From the NCBI RefSeq assembly GCF_963921235.1, contig NC_086127.1, positions 6,944,001 to 7,008,000 of the forward strand: a stretch of DNA of 64,000 bases, written 5' to 3'. Positions 1 to 12,999 of this stretch are shown here, piece by piece. Source of the stretch: Mobula hypostoma. Its lineage: Eukaryota. Numbering within the stretch: position 1 is the first letter of the stretch; every line of letters starts with the position of its first letter. A model generated the notes under the pieces. It was not told the origin of the DNA and searched no databases. It saw only the letters and a list, made by a program, of their open reading frames with translations. A program made the position numbers and the translations under genes.

Positions 1-500
1 GTTGAAGAGCTGGAGAAGACGGAATCTGACAGGAGAGGAGAGTGGTTCAAGGGAGAACGGGAAGGGGGAGGGAGAAAGAGAAAGAGGACGTGCACCGGCC
101 GGGGGATTGTGACAGGCAAGCGAGGAGAAGAGTAAGAGGGCAGAGCGGGGAAATGAAGAAGATGGAAAGAAGCAGCGACCCATCTGAAGATAAAGATATC
201 CACGTCCATGCCATAAGATTGGAGGCCATGTAGACGGAATATAAAGTGTTATTACTCCCGCGTGATAGTGGCCTTATCTTCGTGGCAGAAGAGGAGGCCT
301 TGGACCCACATGTCGGACAAGGAATGGGGAAAGGAGTTGAAATGGCTGGCACTGGGAAATTCCACTTTTTGTGGATGGAGCTGAGGTGGTCGAAGACGTG
401 TTAATTAAATTGAAGAATTATCTGGGCCGCAAAATGTCGAATGTTTATTTGTTTCCAAAGATGCTGTTTAATCTGCTGAACTCCTCCAGCATGTTGTATG
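1..500 (-). mobile_element. Degenerate Penelope-like element remnant (also at about 37285-37990)
   Basis: Resembles the GIY-YIG 3' end and pLTR of the young copy at 49509-50873 (catgccat..g.ttggaggc, gatgctg...ctgctgaactcctccagcat). Confidence 0.6.
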
Positions 501-879
501 CACTGCAATGAATTTGATGCGTTCAGTATGTTCGGAAGCTTGGGATGCTATTTTAGTTTGAGGCTAATTACTATATTACAGGAAAGTATCAAAATTCTTT
601 TGTATTGCTACTGCAAGACCTATAACCGAGACAATTCCAAGATTGAAACAGAGCAGCCGAATGACGGTATAGCATTGGTCTATGATGACAAAGTCCATGG
701 AACCGAGGAATGGACAGGATCAACAATAACGATCATGAAGCTGAGAGGTGAGCCTGAGAGAATTTCGCCACAACAGTCCCTGACTTCTCAGATCGTCATT
801 TCTTCGTCTTTCAGATTTTGGAATTTCATGTCATGCTCTGCATACCTCCTCACAATTGGGATTTTACTGGGATGACAAC

Positions 880-961
880 ATGTTTATTTTTATCCCAGCT
901 GTTGGATGACGCGTCAGCCTTGTGCAGTATTGAATTGTCAGTGTGCTGGAGCGAGTATAAA
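880..961 (+). promoter_or_regulatory. Proximal promoter of receptor gene A, TATAAA at 956-961
   Basis: TATA box about 90 nt upstream of the ATG; the block catgtttattttta.cccagc.gttgga...ctggagcg.gtataaat is shared with gene C (21472-21556) and gene D (TATA 38442-38447). Confidence 0.6.
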
Positions 962-1045
962 TGAGTGACAGAGGAGATTCGTTAGCTGAGATTTTCTTCA
1001 GCGGGATTGTGAACAGTTGGAAAGACAGGCTGAGCCTCAGACAGC

Positions 1046-1112
1046 ATGCTTGGAGCATTTTACCGTGCTAGCAAGATATATTACATGATCATCGCTGTTA
1101 TTGGCGTTCCTG
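1046..1112 (+). CDS. GPR139-like GPCR gene A, exon 1 (MLGAFYRASKIYYMIIAVIGVP, phase-1 intron)
   Basis: ATG at 1046, donor G|GTAAG at 1112/1113; encodes the first half of TM1 and splices in frame to exon 2. Confidence 0.85.
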
Positions 1113-2457
1113 GTAAGCTCACAGGCGAACTAATATCTGCAACTCTGAGCGTGCGGTCTTCGGACGGATCACTTAACGACAGCGTTGTGATGCCGGTGTA
1201 TCAGTGATTGTGGTCCAGACATTGTGACAAAACTATCTGTTCGTTCAGAAGTTGCCTTGCTGACAAGTCTGTGGCCTCGGCTGAAACTAAGCTGGCAGTT
1301 GAAACAGATGTTGAGTGGACGATCGGCAAAGTGGATTCATCAATACGAAAGTGCTGGCAAAGTAAATTCCGATAATCCAGAGACCTCGTCACCTTTGCGA
1401 ATTACTTGGTATTATTCCGTACCAATAGTTGAATATGCTTTAAATTCAAATTAAAAGATATAGCGCTGTACTTTAAAAATTGCTGCAAGCTTGAAGGGAA
1501 CGGGGAAGTGCTGGCATCACTCGTGAGTTACACTCTGAACCATCAGGAGTTCTGAACATTAAAAACAAGAAGTGACTTTGAGTGTTTTAGAGTACCAGGG
1601 TTTGTTTCCACGCCCCGTTATCCGTGCAGTGAAGAGGAGGTTAGGTGCCAACCCAGCAGTGTCCGCTAGAGGTCAGGCGTGTTATGGTTCATGCGATACT
1701 TCGCTCTGATACAATAAACATTGAACTATTGAGAATAATGTTTCAGTAATTTGAAGCAACCCCTAAACGAGGCAGTTGTTTTGAAGTACCTATATCGTCT
1801 TTCCTTTGGAATTGGATGTTTGAAGATCCAACGTGCCAAATAGATGAACGGTCCCTAGCGTCAGGCAATATCCTTGAAAGCTAAAACTGGAGCTGACTGA
1901 TCAGATACTTTGACATAATGTGAAGGAATGCGGTCAGGATCAGCTGCAGAATTTAAAAAGAAGCGAGGCAAGCGGGCCCCTTGTGGGCGGCGAACAAACG
2001 GGTCGAGGAGGAGGAGACAAAGACACGCGATTGAGAAAAATAAATGTACGGAGGCGAAGGAGCCGGGGCTCAGCTGTATGCACAGAGTGACAGAACATAG
2101 GCGACGGGAACGGGGGAATCAACATCGCGGGCAACGTTGCCGAGGTATTCGGGCTATATATATTAGTAAAGAACCTGATGGTGGGAGATTTATGTTGATT
2201 TCTTCAATCCGCCGTTGGTGATCAGTTGACAATGCTTTCTTCCCAAATCCTGCTCATCGGCCAGTACCGTGTGTCGTATACTTTCACCCAGCATGTACGC
2301 GTTAGAGGCAACCGCGGTTCCAGCTTTACACCTTTGAAACCTGGAGAAATAAGTTGTCTGCAAAGTTTGATTGTTGTCAATACTCAGCTTATTTCTCCCC
2401 CGAGTCTCACCGAGCGGCGTGACAGTAATTCCCTTATTATTGTTACTGTTCCCCCAG

Positions 2458-3317
2458 AGAACTTAGTGGCGATTGTGATCCTGTCCCGGGAAAAGTGCGG
2501 CCTCTCCACCTGCACCACTCGCTACCTGGTTGCCATGGCAACGGCTGATCTACTATCCATCATCTTTCAAGTCATCTTGTGGCGGATCAGTTATATTTAC
2601 TTCCCCGGGACTTTCCTAGACATCACCCCCGTATGCAGTATGATCTCCGTCCTGGGACTGGCTGCCATAAAATGTTCTGTCTGGTTCACCGTCACTTTCA
2701 CGTTTGACCGTTTTGTCACCATCTGCTGCCAGAAGCTGAAAGCCAGGTACTGCACCGGGAAAACTGCGGCTCTGGTTCTGACAACCGCAGGCGTTGTGTT
2801 CTCTTTTAGCAACGTACCCCACTTCTTTATATACGAACCCCTTAAAGTGACCGACAATATACCCTGGGACTGCATTCGAAAGCCGAGCTACTATACGGAT
2901 CCCGGCTGGCTTGGATACAGGTGGCTTTCTACCGTTATAAACCCATTACTCCCGTTCGCGTTGATACTACTGTTCAACGGTCTGACAGTTAGGCATATTT
3001 TAGTGACTAGTCGCGTACGGAAGGGGCTGATAGGTCAGAAAAAGGCGGAAAACCGGAATGACCCGGAGATGGAGAGCAGGAGGAGGTCTGTAATCTTACT
3101 TGTCACCATTTCCGGAAGCTTCATCATCCTGTGGTCGGCAGATGTTGCCGAATTCCTTTATAACACCATTGCTGGACTGAATCAACATGAATACAACTCC
3201 TCAGAATACATATTTGAATACACCTCAGACTTTCTGCTGCTATTAAGTTGCTGCACAAACACATTTATTTATGGGGTGACTCAGTCCAAGTTCGAGAGCA
3301 GTTCATCGGCGCAGTGA
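2458..3317 (+). CDS. GPR139-like GPCR gene A, exon 2; 1-bp deletion truncates helix 8 and the C-tail (possible pseudogene)
   Basis: Acceptor cccccag| at 2457; motifs ATADLL, TFDRF, FIILW, CCTNTFIY; ttc-gagagc here vs ttcagagagc in gene D; ancestral stop TAA at 3365-3367. Confidence 0.85.
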
Positions 3318-3869
3318 AATATCCGCTCACGTCAATTATTCAACTAGTTAATAAGCAAAATATCTAAGTTATTCCCGGAGTTACTCTCAGTGTTTTCCAT
3401 CCTGACACCCACAGAACCAGCGATCATCAGAGAACATGTCGAGAATAAAATTGGTTCAGAGCCCGAGAGAGACACGAAACAGGAACGGAATGCCCGTCAC
3501 CCGCAGCCCGCGACCTCCACTTCCTACCAACTATTAAACTTATCCGAACTTTTATTTTCATATTTTTCACCAGATTCCCGATCTCGTCACCGCCACGTTC
3601 AGTTTGATAATGACAGAGCGGGCCAGGATCGGGGGCATTCAAAACCAAGTCGGCGGAAATTTAACTCTGCATTACTGTAAAGTCTTGCAGAGGGATGAAA
3701 CGAAAAATAAAGTCAATAGTTCACACGAACTCACAGTAAACCTTGCACTTGTCCTTCGCTTTCGATGAACGTGTTTGGAGAAATGCTTAACACTACTCGG
3801 GCACTGCTCTCCCAGTTATGCAGATTTCCATGGGAAGCCCCAATGCCGACACTGCTTCAGGGAAAGAAT

Positions 3870-4843
3870 GTCACCTCACTTCCTGATTTCTAATAAATTT
3901 CCATCAGAGAAAACTAATTGTTGAATCTCCTGTGCATTTCGTCCGGTATGTTTATTATTTTAATTCTCAACTAAATCTGAGAAACCTTGACGCGCCGACA
4001 TAGACAAGAACACTCGTTTCTCAATTGCAGTGACCTTTCAAGCGATTGTAGTCGTGTTTATTATTCCGGTTTACATAAATATTGCCGTGTGCCCAATTGT
4101 TTAATGTTATTCTGTAGTGTCTCTGCGTGAAATCAGATGTAGATTTTACAACTGAGACATGTTCCATCGTCTTCCAATTCCCCCCTTTCACGTCAGCATA
4201 TTTCTGGTTGTTATCACTTCCCGATTCCTGTGCGTTGTCTGCGTTTGGACTGGCCATTCCAATTAAGTAAGTTGTTCTTGCTTGTTTATCCTGTGATATT
4301 ATATCCGGACGGGTATCATGTATTGCCCTATCTCTAATAATGGATCGGTCGTCATATAATTATAGGGCTCTGACTCTAAAACTAGATCAGGATTCTATTA
4401 ATAGCAATATATAGTATCTTCCATGAGTTTGCATCTTAAAGCAAGTTTTTGTTGAATCTCCTTAGTATTCACCGAGGAAAATCACATGGTTACTATTAGT
4501 ATTATTATTTCTCGGCTAAATCTGATAAACACTGACTTGCGGAGATAGCCAAACTCACTCATTTCTCTATTGACAGGGACTTTCAGACTGTTCCAATGCT
4601 GCTTCGTATTGAGGCTTTCTGGAGATTCACAGGAGTGTTATAGCCTAGGTTTAATTGTTGAATGTTACCGTGCAGTGACTTCGGAACAAAACCAGTTGTA
4701 GACGTTACAATTGCGGCAATATATACACAGTTCACGTCGACAGTCTTTAAATTTCCTCTTTGAAGTCTGCATATTTCAGGTTTTCTTCACTGATTGATTG
4801 CAGAATGTTGTGTGTATTTGGAATAAAGATATCTATGAAGTAA
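3870..4843 (-). mobile_element. Degenerate R4/Dong-like LINE fragments, locally tandem-duplicated
   Basis: Similar to 15390-15780 and to 41370-42950, where RLE-LINE protein motifs can be read. Confidence 0.45.
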
Positions 4844-5438
4844 CATAGAAACAGAGACATAGTGCATCTATCACACACAACACAAAATAAACAAAATGTT
4901 ACCACATGCAAATTCATACAATATATTTCAAATTGCATGTTAAGTGCGCATCATAGGTAAGGAGTAAACAGTAGACAGTAAACAGTTCGCTTTTGGAGTG
5001 ACGAGGTCCCGGTGGTGTCAAGTATTCTTTAGTCTCAGAAGCTCTTATACAGCCTTAGTCCGGATGCTTCTGACCTCCTTCCTGACGGTGGCGCGTCAAG
5101 GAGAATATGGTGTGGGTGGTAGGGATTCTTAACAATGCCCTGGGTCCTTCTGAGACCTCAATGAGAAACTGTAATGAACGAAGAGGCCACTGATTGTACC
5201 TCAGCTGTTAAAATGGGCACGGAAATGAAAGCTGGAATGTAATTCAGACAAATGCAAAGGTTTTCCTTTTCGTCAGTTAAACCAGGGCAGATGATTATAC
5301 TGTATGCACTGCAGAACAGAGAGACCTCGGGGTAGAATATAGGAAAGTCTTGCCGCCGGTGGATAAGACGGAAAAGAAAGGCGTGTCACGTTTTCCTTCG
5401 TTATTTAGGGCACTGAGTGCAAGAGTTGTGATGTTGTA

Positions 5439-5488
<50 letters not shown>
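5439..5488 (+). repeat. (CTAT)n microsatellite
   Basis: About 12 perfect units. Confidence 0.97.
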
Positions 5489-5489
<1 letters not shown>

Positions 5490-6676
5490 ACTATCCGGCT
5501 TCTACAGGGCACCCTCAATCTTGGAGTCGTCCGCAAGCTTTCTGATCCACTTTTCTACGTTAACATTTAAATCATTAATATAGATGACAAATAAAAACGA
5601 ACCCAACACTTGTCACAGTCAAATAATCAACCATCCACTCTCTGCTAAACCAGATCCACGTTGCTTTAGTTTGATGTCTCTGAATGAAAATTTGAAGTCA
5701 AGTGCGAGATTCACCTGAAAAATAAACTGTCGTGTCTCATCAGTGTTTCATGGGAACATAAACAACATTTGGGACTTTCAGCCTTGTGGTGTTCGATCCG
5801 GTCTTCGTGGCAAATAATATCCTGGAAACTTCCGGATAGATCACAGATTTTAGTTTCTACTTCTGCTCAGACCGAATATGGATGCAGAAATGCTGGTATG
5901 ACTGTGGCAGCTCTGGCTAATGTCTTTGACACACGTCAGGGGCGGGGGTTAAAGTGGTCAGGTCTTTCAGCAGTGTGCTGAACGTGTGTGCTGGGAAAGA
6001 ATCTTTATTAATCAGTCCATAAACCGCGGTTAATGACGTGTGGGCGGGTACCTTTGACTATCAAATATCCCTGGAATATTACTGCTGATCTCTCTGATAA
6101 GCTCAGATGAACATACGTAGAGTGAGTTTCATTGTGATCCGTCACTGTGACTTTCAGCACTCAAATCACTTGAAGTGACTGGAACAAACGGAAGGACAGA
6201 ATGATTTTTTTTATTCCCCATCAATAAAGAAGTTTATTCCGTTTCACCTGCCAAGCTAAGCTCCTGCCCTCAATTTTAGGATCGACTCCGCTCTGCCAAA
6301 TGTGCGGAGATAAATCTGTTTGAAGTTGATTGTTGAAGAATACTGCCTGTGTTAGAAACCGGACTGATCAGAAACTGTCCCATTTCAGCAGCTGGAGCCA
6401 GGTGACTTGGAAATTAACTTGGTAACGCTCGTATTATCTTTTGTTTTGAAGTAAATAACTTGTAACATCCCTTGAGGAGGTGAATTTATAGCACGGTGAC
6501 AGAGTGAGGGGAAACGTTTTCATTGTCAGTGTTTTTGTAGCTGGATTCTTCTAACGTGACTGATGTGATAACCACACTAATTGTCTCAGTGGAATTGCTG
6601 TCTCTTACATATAACTCTGTCAAACCGATCCCCGGTTCAGATGAGCAGCAGGAACGTTCCGTACACTTGACTGAAT

Positions 6677-6746
6677 ATGGGATACCCAGCGGTTTACGAC
6701 ATCGCGGCTGTTTTCTACCCTACCCTTGTAGCGATTGGCGTCCCGG
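6677..6746 (+). CDS. GPR139-like GPCR gene B, exon 1 (MGYPAVYDIAAVFYPTLVAIGVP)
   Basis: ATG at 6677, donor G|GTAAG at 6746/6747; same GVP phase-1 junction as the paralogs. Confidence 0.85.
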
Positions 6747-7361
6747 GTAAGATACAGAATTGTGTTTCCCACAATGGAGAATTCAAACCTCTGATAGTTT
6801 TATTTTAATTTTCCACATTTTTTCCGATGTGATTGTTTTTTTCTTTTGTCAATTACCTTGGCGCCGACACTGACATAGTTTCTGAAGCATGTTGGTCTAT
6901 GTGTTCCTCGGCCGGTGTCTCTATCAATACAGACAACTTCGGCCTTAAACAACAACACGACAGCTTTCTGAAACGACTGGCCAGATGTCTCTATATTTTT
7001 ATTTTCGACACAAGTCAGTAAATTATAATTAATGCTTTAAATCTCCTTGATTTTACTTTGTTCTCACTACATATAACACCTTCAGAATTTTCATCTCCAG
7101 TCATGAAGCTGGTGTTGTTTATGGAGGATGAACTTCTCACCAGTACGCGAGCGGTGGAAATCGGATGCCTCGCTCGACACTGTCGGAAGCTCACTGCCTC
7201 TCCAGTCCGTTATTATTGTGCAGCCGGAGCCCACACACCATGGATTCCTGCTTTTCTCTTCCAAGATAAAACATACCCTGCAGAGCATCGGAAGAATGGT
7301 GGATATTCAGACAGTTGCAACTAACGACAATTCTGTTTATTTTCTCCCAAATTTCTTGCAG

Positions 7362-8260
7362 TTAATTTAACGGCGATTGTGATCCTCTCTCGGGGAAAAT
7401 GCGGACTCTCCAGATGCATCACCCGTTACCTGGTTGGAATGGCAACAGCGGATCTGATGGTGGTTATCGTCGTTGCTTTCGTGGAACAGGTCAACTATAT
7501 CTACACTTATTCCAGATACCTGCTCATCACTCCTGTCTGCGCGCTGACAGTTGTACTCAGGAATGTAACGATGGACTCTTCTGTTTGGTTTACGGTCAGT
7601 TTTACCTTCGATCGCTTCATCGCAATATGTTGCCGAAAGCTGCGGGAGCGATACTGCACCGAGGGAACAGTGACGGTGGTGATCGTGACCGTGGTTATAG
7701 TGAGCTGCGGGAAATGTGTCCCGTTTTATTTTGCCGTTGAACCTTACGCCATCATTGACAACACGCCGTGGCGCTGCGTCTTCACACTGGAATACGCTAC
7801 TTCACCCGTGTGGAAAATATTCGAATTGTTGGACAGCATTTTAACACCGCTGCTACCAATCGGCTTAATTCTAGTGTTCAATGTGTTAACAGTGAGGCAT
7901 ATCATTGCGGCAAATAGAGTCCGCAGAGGACTACGGAACAACGGCGATAATCAGAAGGATACCGAGGTGGAAAATCGTCGGAAATCGATGATATTGTTGT
8001 TTGCTATATCAGCTAATTTCATATTATTCTGGATGCCCTATGTCGCCCGTTCTCTGAAGTGGCAATCTCAAAACTACTTTTATCAGGACAGACATTTGAA
8101 TTCCCCGGTATATATCCTACAGCAGTTTGGGTACATGTTGCAAATCCTCAGTATGTGCACCAATACTTGTATCTATACACTGACACAGAGGAAATTCAGA
8201 AAAGAGCTCAAAAATGGAATGAAGAATGTCTTTACATTAAATGGCCATCTGTGTAGATAA
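7362..8260 (+). CDS. GPR139-like GPCR gene B, exon 2 (spliced protein 322 aa, intact, divergent subfamily)
   Basis: Acceptor tttcttgcag| at 7361; reads VNLTAIVILSRGKCGLSRC..., TFDRF, FWMP, CTNTCIY; AATAAA at 8296-8301. Confidence 0.92.
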
Positions 8261-8639
8261 GGTCGACGTCCAATTGCAATTCAAAAGATTTTTCAAATAA
8301 AACAGTTTTTTAAATTAGTAGTTTTGGAAGATATGCCCTAAAGTTAAACAGTCATGTGCCTGATCATCCTGAAATCGAAAAAGCCACGAAATCTTGCATA
8401 CCTCACACGTTTAAGGTGGGAAACTCCGCAAACGTTCAATGGGCAGGCGTGATTGTTATAGAGATTGAAGTACACTCCAAACTCTCGCAGAAACTTGATA
8501 ATCACAAGGGCGGGAATGGCTTCTGGACTCTCCCGGGTTCAGGCGGACAGAGTCGGGTAAAAGGAATGCCATTTCAAAACAGGGACAGTATGCCGGAATC
8601 ACAGTTGAAGAAAGGGAGGACACTGTGGAGAGATTGTCC

Positions 8640-10245
8640 ATTGATAGACTGCGAGTAGAACTCAGAAGCAGGAAGGGAGTATTGGGAGTCGTTTGACAGT
8701 ATTCCATACAGACACCTCCCCTCACGTCATCATAAAAAAACAACAACAGGGACAGCGAGGAACTGATCGGGAAAAAGATTTTAGACAGGTGCCATATTAA
8801 CAAGAAGGTTATCAAAGACAACTTAAACTTCCCTAATATTCATTGGCAGTTTCTCAGGGTAGGAAGGTTTAGATATGACAGGATTTGTCAGTTGTGTCCA
8901 GGAAGGAGACCTGGCACAATATGCGGACAGGCGGACTAGTAATAGAAAGTGAAACGGATCAGGCGACAGATCTCTCCGCGGATCACCAGTTCAGAAAGAT
9001 AGAGCATAACTGCCCAATATTTACTTTCTATTGGTTAACCAATCCTCTATCCATGCTAATACATCACCCCAAAGCTCTGTGCATTCTTACCTTATGGATA
9101 AGTCTTTTATGCGGCACCCTGACGAGCACCTTCTAGAAATCCAAGTAAGTAACGTCCCTCCGTTCACCTCTGTCCATTGCGCTTGATATATACACACACA
9201 ATAAAAACAACTCCAGTAAGTTTGTCAAACGGGACCTGCCTTTGCGGAATCCATGCTGCGTCTGCCTGATGGATCCTTTTCTTTCAGATGCCTCGCTATT
9301 TCTTCTTTAATGATAGCTTCAAGCATTTTCACAACTGACTTGCCTCCAGTTACCTGCCTTTTGCGTGTGTCCTTTTATGGAACTGCGTTGCCAGTATACT
9401 CCATCCAACTCCTTCCTCATTCCGTTGTAGGCTCCCGTGCTTATGCATGGGAGACTGGTTTTAGATGGATCTATTTATATGAGAAACTCAGTCATATTCT
9501 GAGCAGTCTTTCCAAGTCGACCCCTAACCACATGATGGCTAATTTTACCCGTTTCATTGTTCAGCACCAGATCTAAGATAACACATTCCCTTAGAGGTTC
9601 AGTAACATGCTGTTCAAGAAAGCTATTATTTATGCACTTCAATTAAGTCCCCATCACCTAATCTATGTGCAAGGTTAAGTCCCCGCGACAATTTCATTCT
9701 TACTTGCTTCAGACATTTCTCTGTTCATTGCCTGTGGCACTGTAATGTTATTATTCGGTAGCCTATAGACAACTACTACCAGTGGTTCGTGCCACAAATT
9801 CACTGACCTTATTTCAAATATTACGGGCATTCAGATAAAGTGCCTTTCACTCATTGCGTCTTTAAAATCTAGTAATCTTTGTCATTCATCCACTTGACCT
9901 TTCTGCACTACACTCATTCGTTTCTTTCGATTAGGTTTTGTTTTTAGTTTTTCTTTATCTACACGTTCCTCTTTTACTTTATCCATACTTCTCCAATCTG
10001 TTGAAACTACCCCCCGCTATTTCGTTAAAAACCCTATCCACTGTGATAATCCACAACCCTAGTTAACAATTCCTCAGGATCCAATTCCCATTACGGTTCG
10101 TGTGGAGCCCATCCCGATGGAACAGCTCCCTCCTTCCCCAATACTGGTGCCAGTTTCCCGTGAATTCAAACCCACTTCTCCCACACCAATCTTGAGCCAC
10201 GCATTGAACTCTCTAATCTTCTTTACCTCTGCCAATTTGCACAGC
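8640..10245. mobile_element. Several degenerate CR1 LINE fragments on both strands
   Basis: Endonuclease-like piece on + (8640-8960) and RT/EN/ORF1-like pieces on - (9030-10245), similar to the CR1 at 49257-54785. Confidence 0.5.
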
Positions 10246-11279
10246 AGGTCACCCGATCCAGCATCTCCCTTTCTTTATTGAATCAGTTTTAGTTTCGTGA
10301 CTTTTTGTTCAACAACGACTCAACTGTGCATCGTCACTGAAGCCTTTTGAGCCAAAGTCGGTAAACTCTGTTCTCTCCACCGATAAACTATACCGCGAAG
10401 CGACTTTTAGTCCCGCCTTGTTAGGCCAAGAACAACTTCGCCGCTCTTCTCATTATATGTTCCCATTTTTCTTGAAAAGCACACTAATCGCCTCTATTAC
10501 TGCTAGAGGACGGCTGGGAGAGTCTCCTTAAGGTATATGAAGGACAGGAAGATGACTAGAGAGAGGGTGGGACAGGTCAGGGTCAAAAGAGGAAGCGTGT
10601 CGGTGAACTCCATTCCTCCGCCGAAAATCCTTATCGAATATTCTAAAGGATAGAGGGAAGATAGATGTGTATGGTTGAGGCCCACATACACTAATCTCTA
10701 AAATTCACATCAGTTCCTGCAAATGTATTTCACGCAAAGAAACAGTCATTTTCAGACAGACACATCCTATTGTGAAACTGGGGGTTAACTCAAACATCCT
10801 TTCAATACAAACCTAACAAACAGACGACTGTCCACCCTTCATTCACGCACGCATTATCTCCTCTTCTCTTTCAAGTGAACTCACAAATGTCCAGATCTAG
10901 TGCAATACTTTAAATGTTCAAAACACGACATAATTTTCAGTGTTGAACAGCTAACAAATAATGTATAATTAGAATCAGACAACATTTAAGAAACCCTTTC
11001 GAGTTGAAAACAAACAGACACGAGAAGTTATGTATCGTCCGCAATATCAACACATTTAAAACGTGACGTCACCACACCACCAACGATTTCCACGTTTTCT
11101 CGCCTTCCATCTCTGACCCAGGGTAGGATTCAGATTAAATGAACGTTTTGTTGTGTAGTATCAGTCTTAATAATCCCCATTACCACCGCTGACGTAACAG
11201 ATTTGGAAACCGTTCTGGGACCTGTGCCACACCCACATTCAGTCTGGAACTATAGTCTTTACTAATGGAGTGAAGGTAA

Positions 11280-11352
11280 ATAGATAGACATACTTTATTG
11301 ATCCCGAGGGAAATTGGGTTTCGTTACAGTTGTACCAACCAAGAATAGAGCA
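11280..11352 (-). mobile_element. Rex1/Babar 3' terminal fragment
   Basis: catactttattgatcccg.ggg.aaatt...tttcgttacagttg matches the 3' ends at 16579 and 30343. Confidence 0.65.
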
Positions 11353-12550
11353 GGGATCCAAGTGAGGACTGGCAGGAAGTGAAGGGCAGAGGAAGCTGTT
11401 CAGGAGGCAGAGGCGAGGCTGCGTCACAGAAGGCTGGTGGGAGTGGTCACATGAGGCCGAGATGGGCTAGGATCCTTTCCAACTCCCCAAATGGACACAA
11501 GAGGGAAGGAAAGGTGTCGTCCAGATCAGGAGGAGGTGAGAGCAGTAGTGGAGGAGATGAGAGCCTGCAAGGCAGTGGGAATGAAGCAACAGGGAGCTTG
11601 GACAAGATTGTAGAATGCGCTTGAGAGGAAATTGACCTGGGATGATCTTTGGAAAGCCGAACTACACCGCATCCAATTTCTCATCCAGGTAGTGTAAGAT
11701 GTGCTTCCAAGCCCATCAAACCTGCACACATGGGGCAAGGCAGTGTCATCTGCGTGCCCACTGTGCTCTAAGCGATGAACACTGGAGCACATCCTCAGCG
11801 GCTGTGCAAGGGCACTTGGTGAGGGACGGTACAGGTGGAGGCATGATCAGGTCCTGAAGACCATCGCTGAAGCCATCAGCGCAGGAGTTGAGTGGGCAAA
11901 GCGGTCCCGACCCTCCAAGCAGATCATTGCCTTTGTCAGAGCTGGGGAGCAGCCAATGCCTGCCAAAAGAACATCTGCAGGCATTCTGACCTCTGCAAGG
12001 GACTGGCAGCTGTTGGTGGACCTCGAAGGGCAGCTGAAGTTCCCCAAACATATTGCAGCCACCACCCTGCGACCAGACATTGTCCTACTGTCTGAGTCTA
12101 CTAAGCAAGTGGTGCTGCTGGAGCTGACAGTCCCATGGGAAGATAGCTTGGAAGAGGCCTTTGAAAGGAAGCTCTCCAAGTACGCAAGACTGGTCAGCAA
12201 CTGTCAGCAGGCTGGATGGAGAGCGAGGTGTCTCCCAGTGGAGGGTGGTTGTAGGGGATTCGTAGCCAATTCTTTAGTTAGAGCCTTCAGCATTTTAGGC
12301 ATGGAGGGAGAGAGGAAGAGGAGAGCCATCCGCAGTACCACCAATGCGGCAGAGAGGGCCTCAAGATGGCTGTGGCTCAAAAGAGGGGAGCCATGGAGTC
12401 ATAAGTAGCTAGCCATCTGGACACAAGCTGGGGTCTGATCAGCCCCGGCTGGGTCACCTGGAGAAGGTTGTATGATGTTGAAAGACCCGAAACACCCGAT
12501 GATTCCAGGGACATCACTGAAGCTGTGTCCAGAAGCATCAATAGTTGTAT
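11353..12550 (+). mobile_element. 5'-truncated Hero/R2-type LINE with restriction-like endonuclease
   Basis: CCHC knuckle CPLCSKR*TLEHILSGC, RYRWRHDQVL, RPDIVLLSESTKQVVLLELTVPWE, KLSKY; in-frame stops present. Confidence 0.85.
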
Positions 12551-12999
12551 GTACACATGATATATTAATGAAATATTTACCTGCGAAGATGTTAGCAATA
12601 TGAGAGTAAGTCTTGAGAAAAATACGTTTGTGTTAAGGCGTTCAGAGATCTTAGAAAGCGAGGTCCTGATTCAGCTGAGAATGCTGAAAGTTAATAAATC
12701 TCCAGGCCATACAACCGATATCCAAGGGTACTTAAAGAGTCATGTGATTGTACATACAAACCACTGATATGTATGTTGCAGAAGTTATTGTTGACTGATG
12801 AAATCTCGAAGGAGTGGAAATGCGTAACGTTGTCACAGTATATAAGTAGGGTCTCCACACTAACCCTGGTAACTATATACAAGGAAGCTTAACGTGTATA
12901 TAGGTAAGATAATGGAAACAACCATAAAGAATGAGTTGGAAAAGACACTGATAAGAACAGGAAATGTTCGCAAAAAGCCAGCATTGGTTCAGAACGGGG

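Larger units (their letters stand above)
1..4843 (+). repeat. Segmental duplication copy A (left end lies outside the window); paralogous to 37493-42337
   Basis: Near base-for-base identity from gtt(g/a)aagagctggagaagac (1 / 37493) to ...atgaagtaa (4843 / 42337), covering promoter, both exons, intron and 3' flank. Confidence 0.95.

Noticed and set aside
498-875. 125-aa ORF upstream of gene A (and 38045..38362)
   Set aside because: No recognisable domain, and the duplicate copy has a frameshifting indel. Similarity reflects only the segmental duplication.
2226-2457. N-terminal extensions of ORFs 2226..3317 and 39820..40854
   Set aside because: Open intronic sequence upstream of the splice acceptor. 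The real N-terminus comes from exon 1, and copy D has a stop in this region.
12475-12540. Possible hammerhead in the Hero 3' UTR (CGAAAC ... CTGAAGC)
   Set aside because: The CUGANGA core is not intact and I could not build consistent stems.
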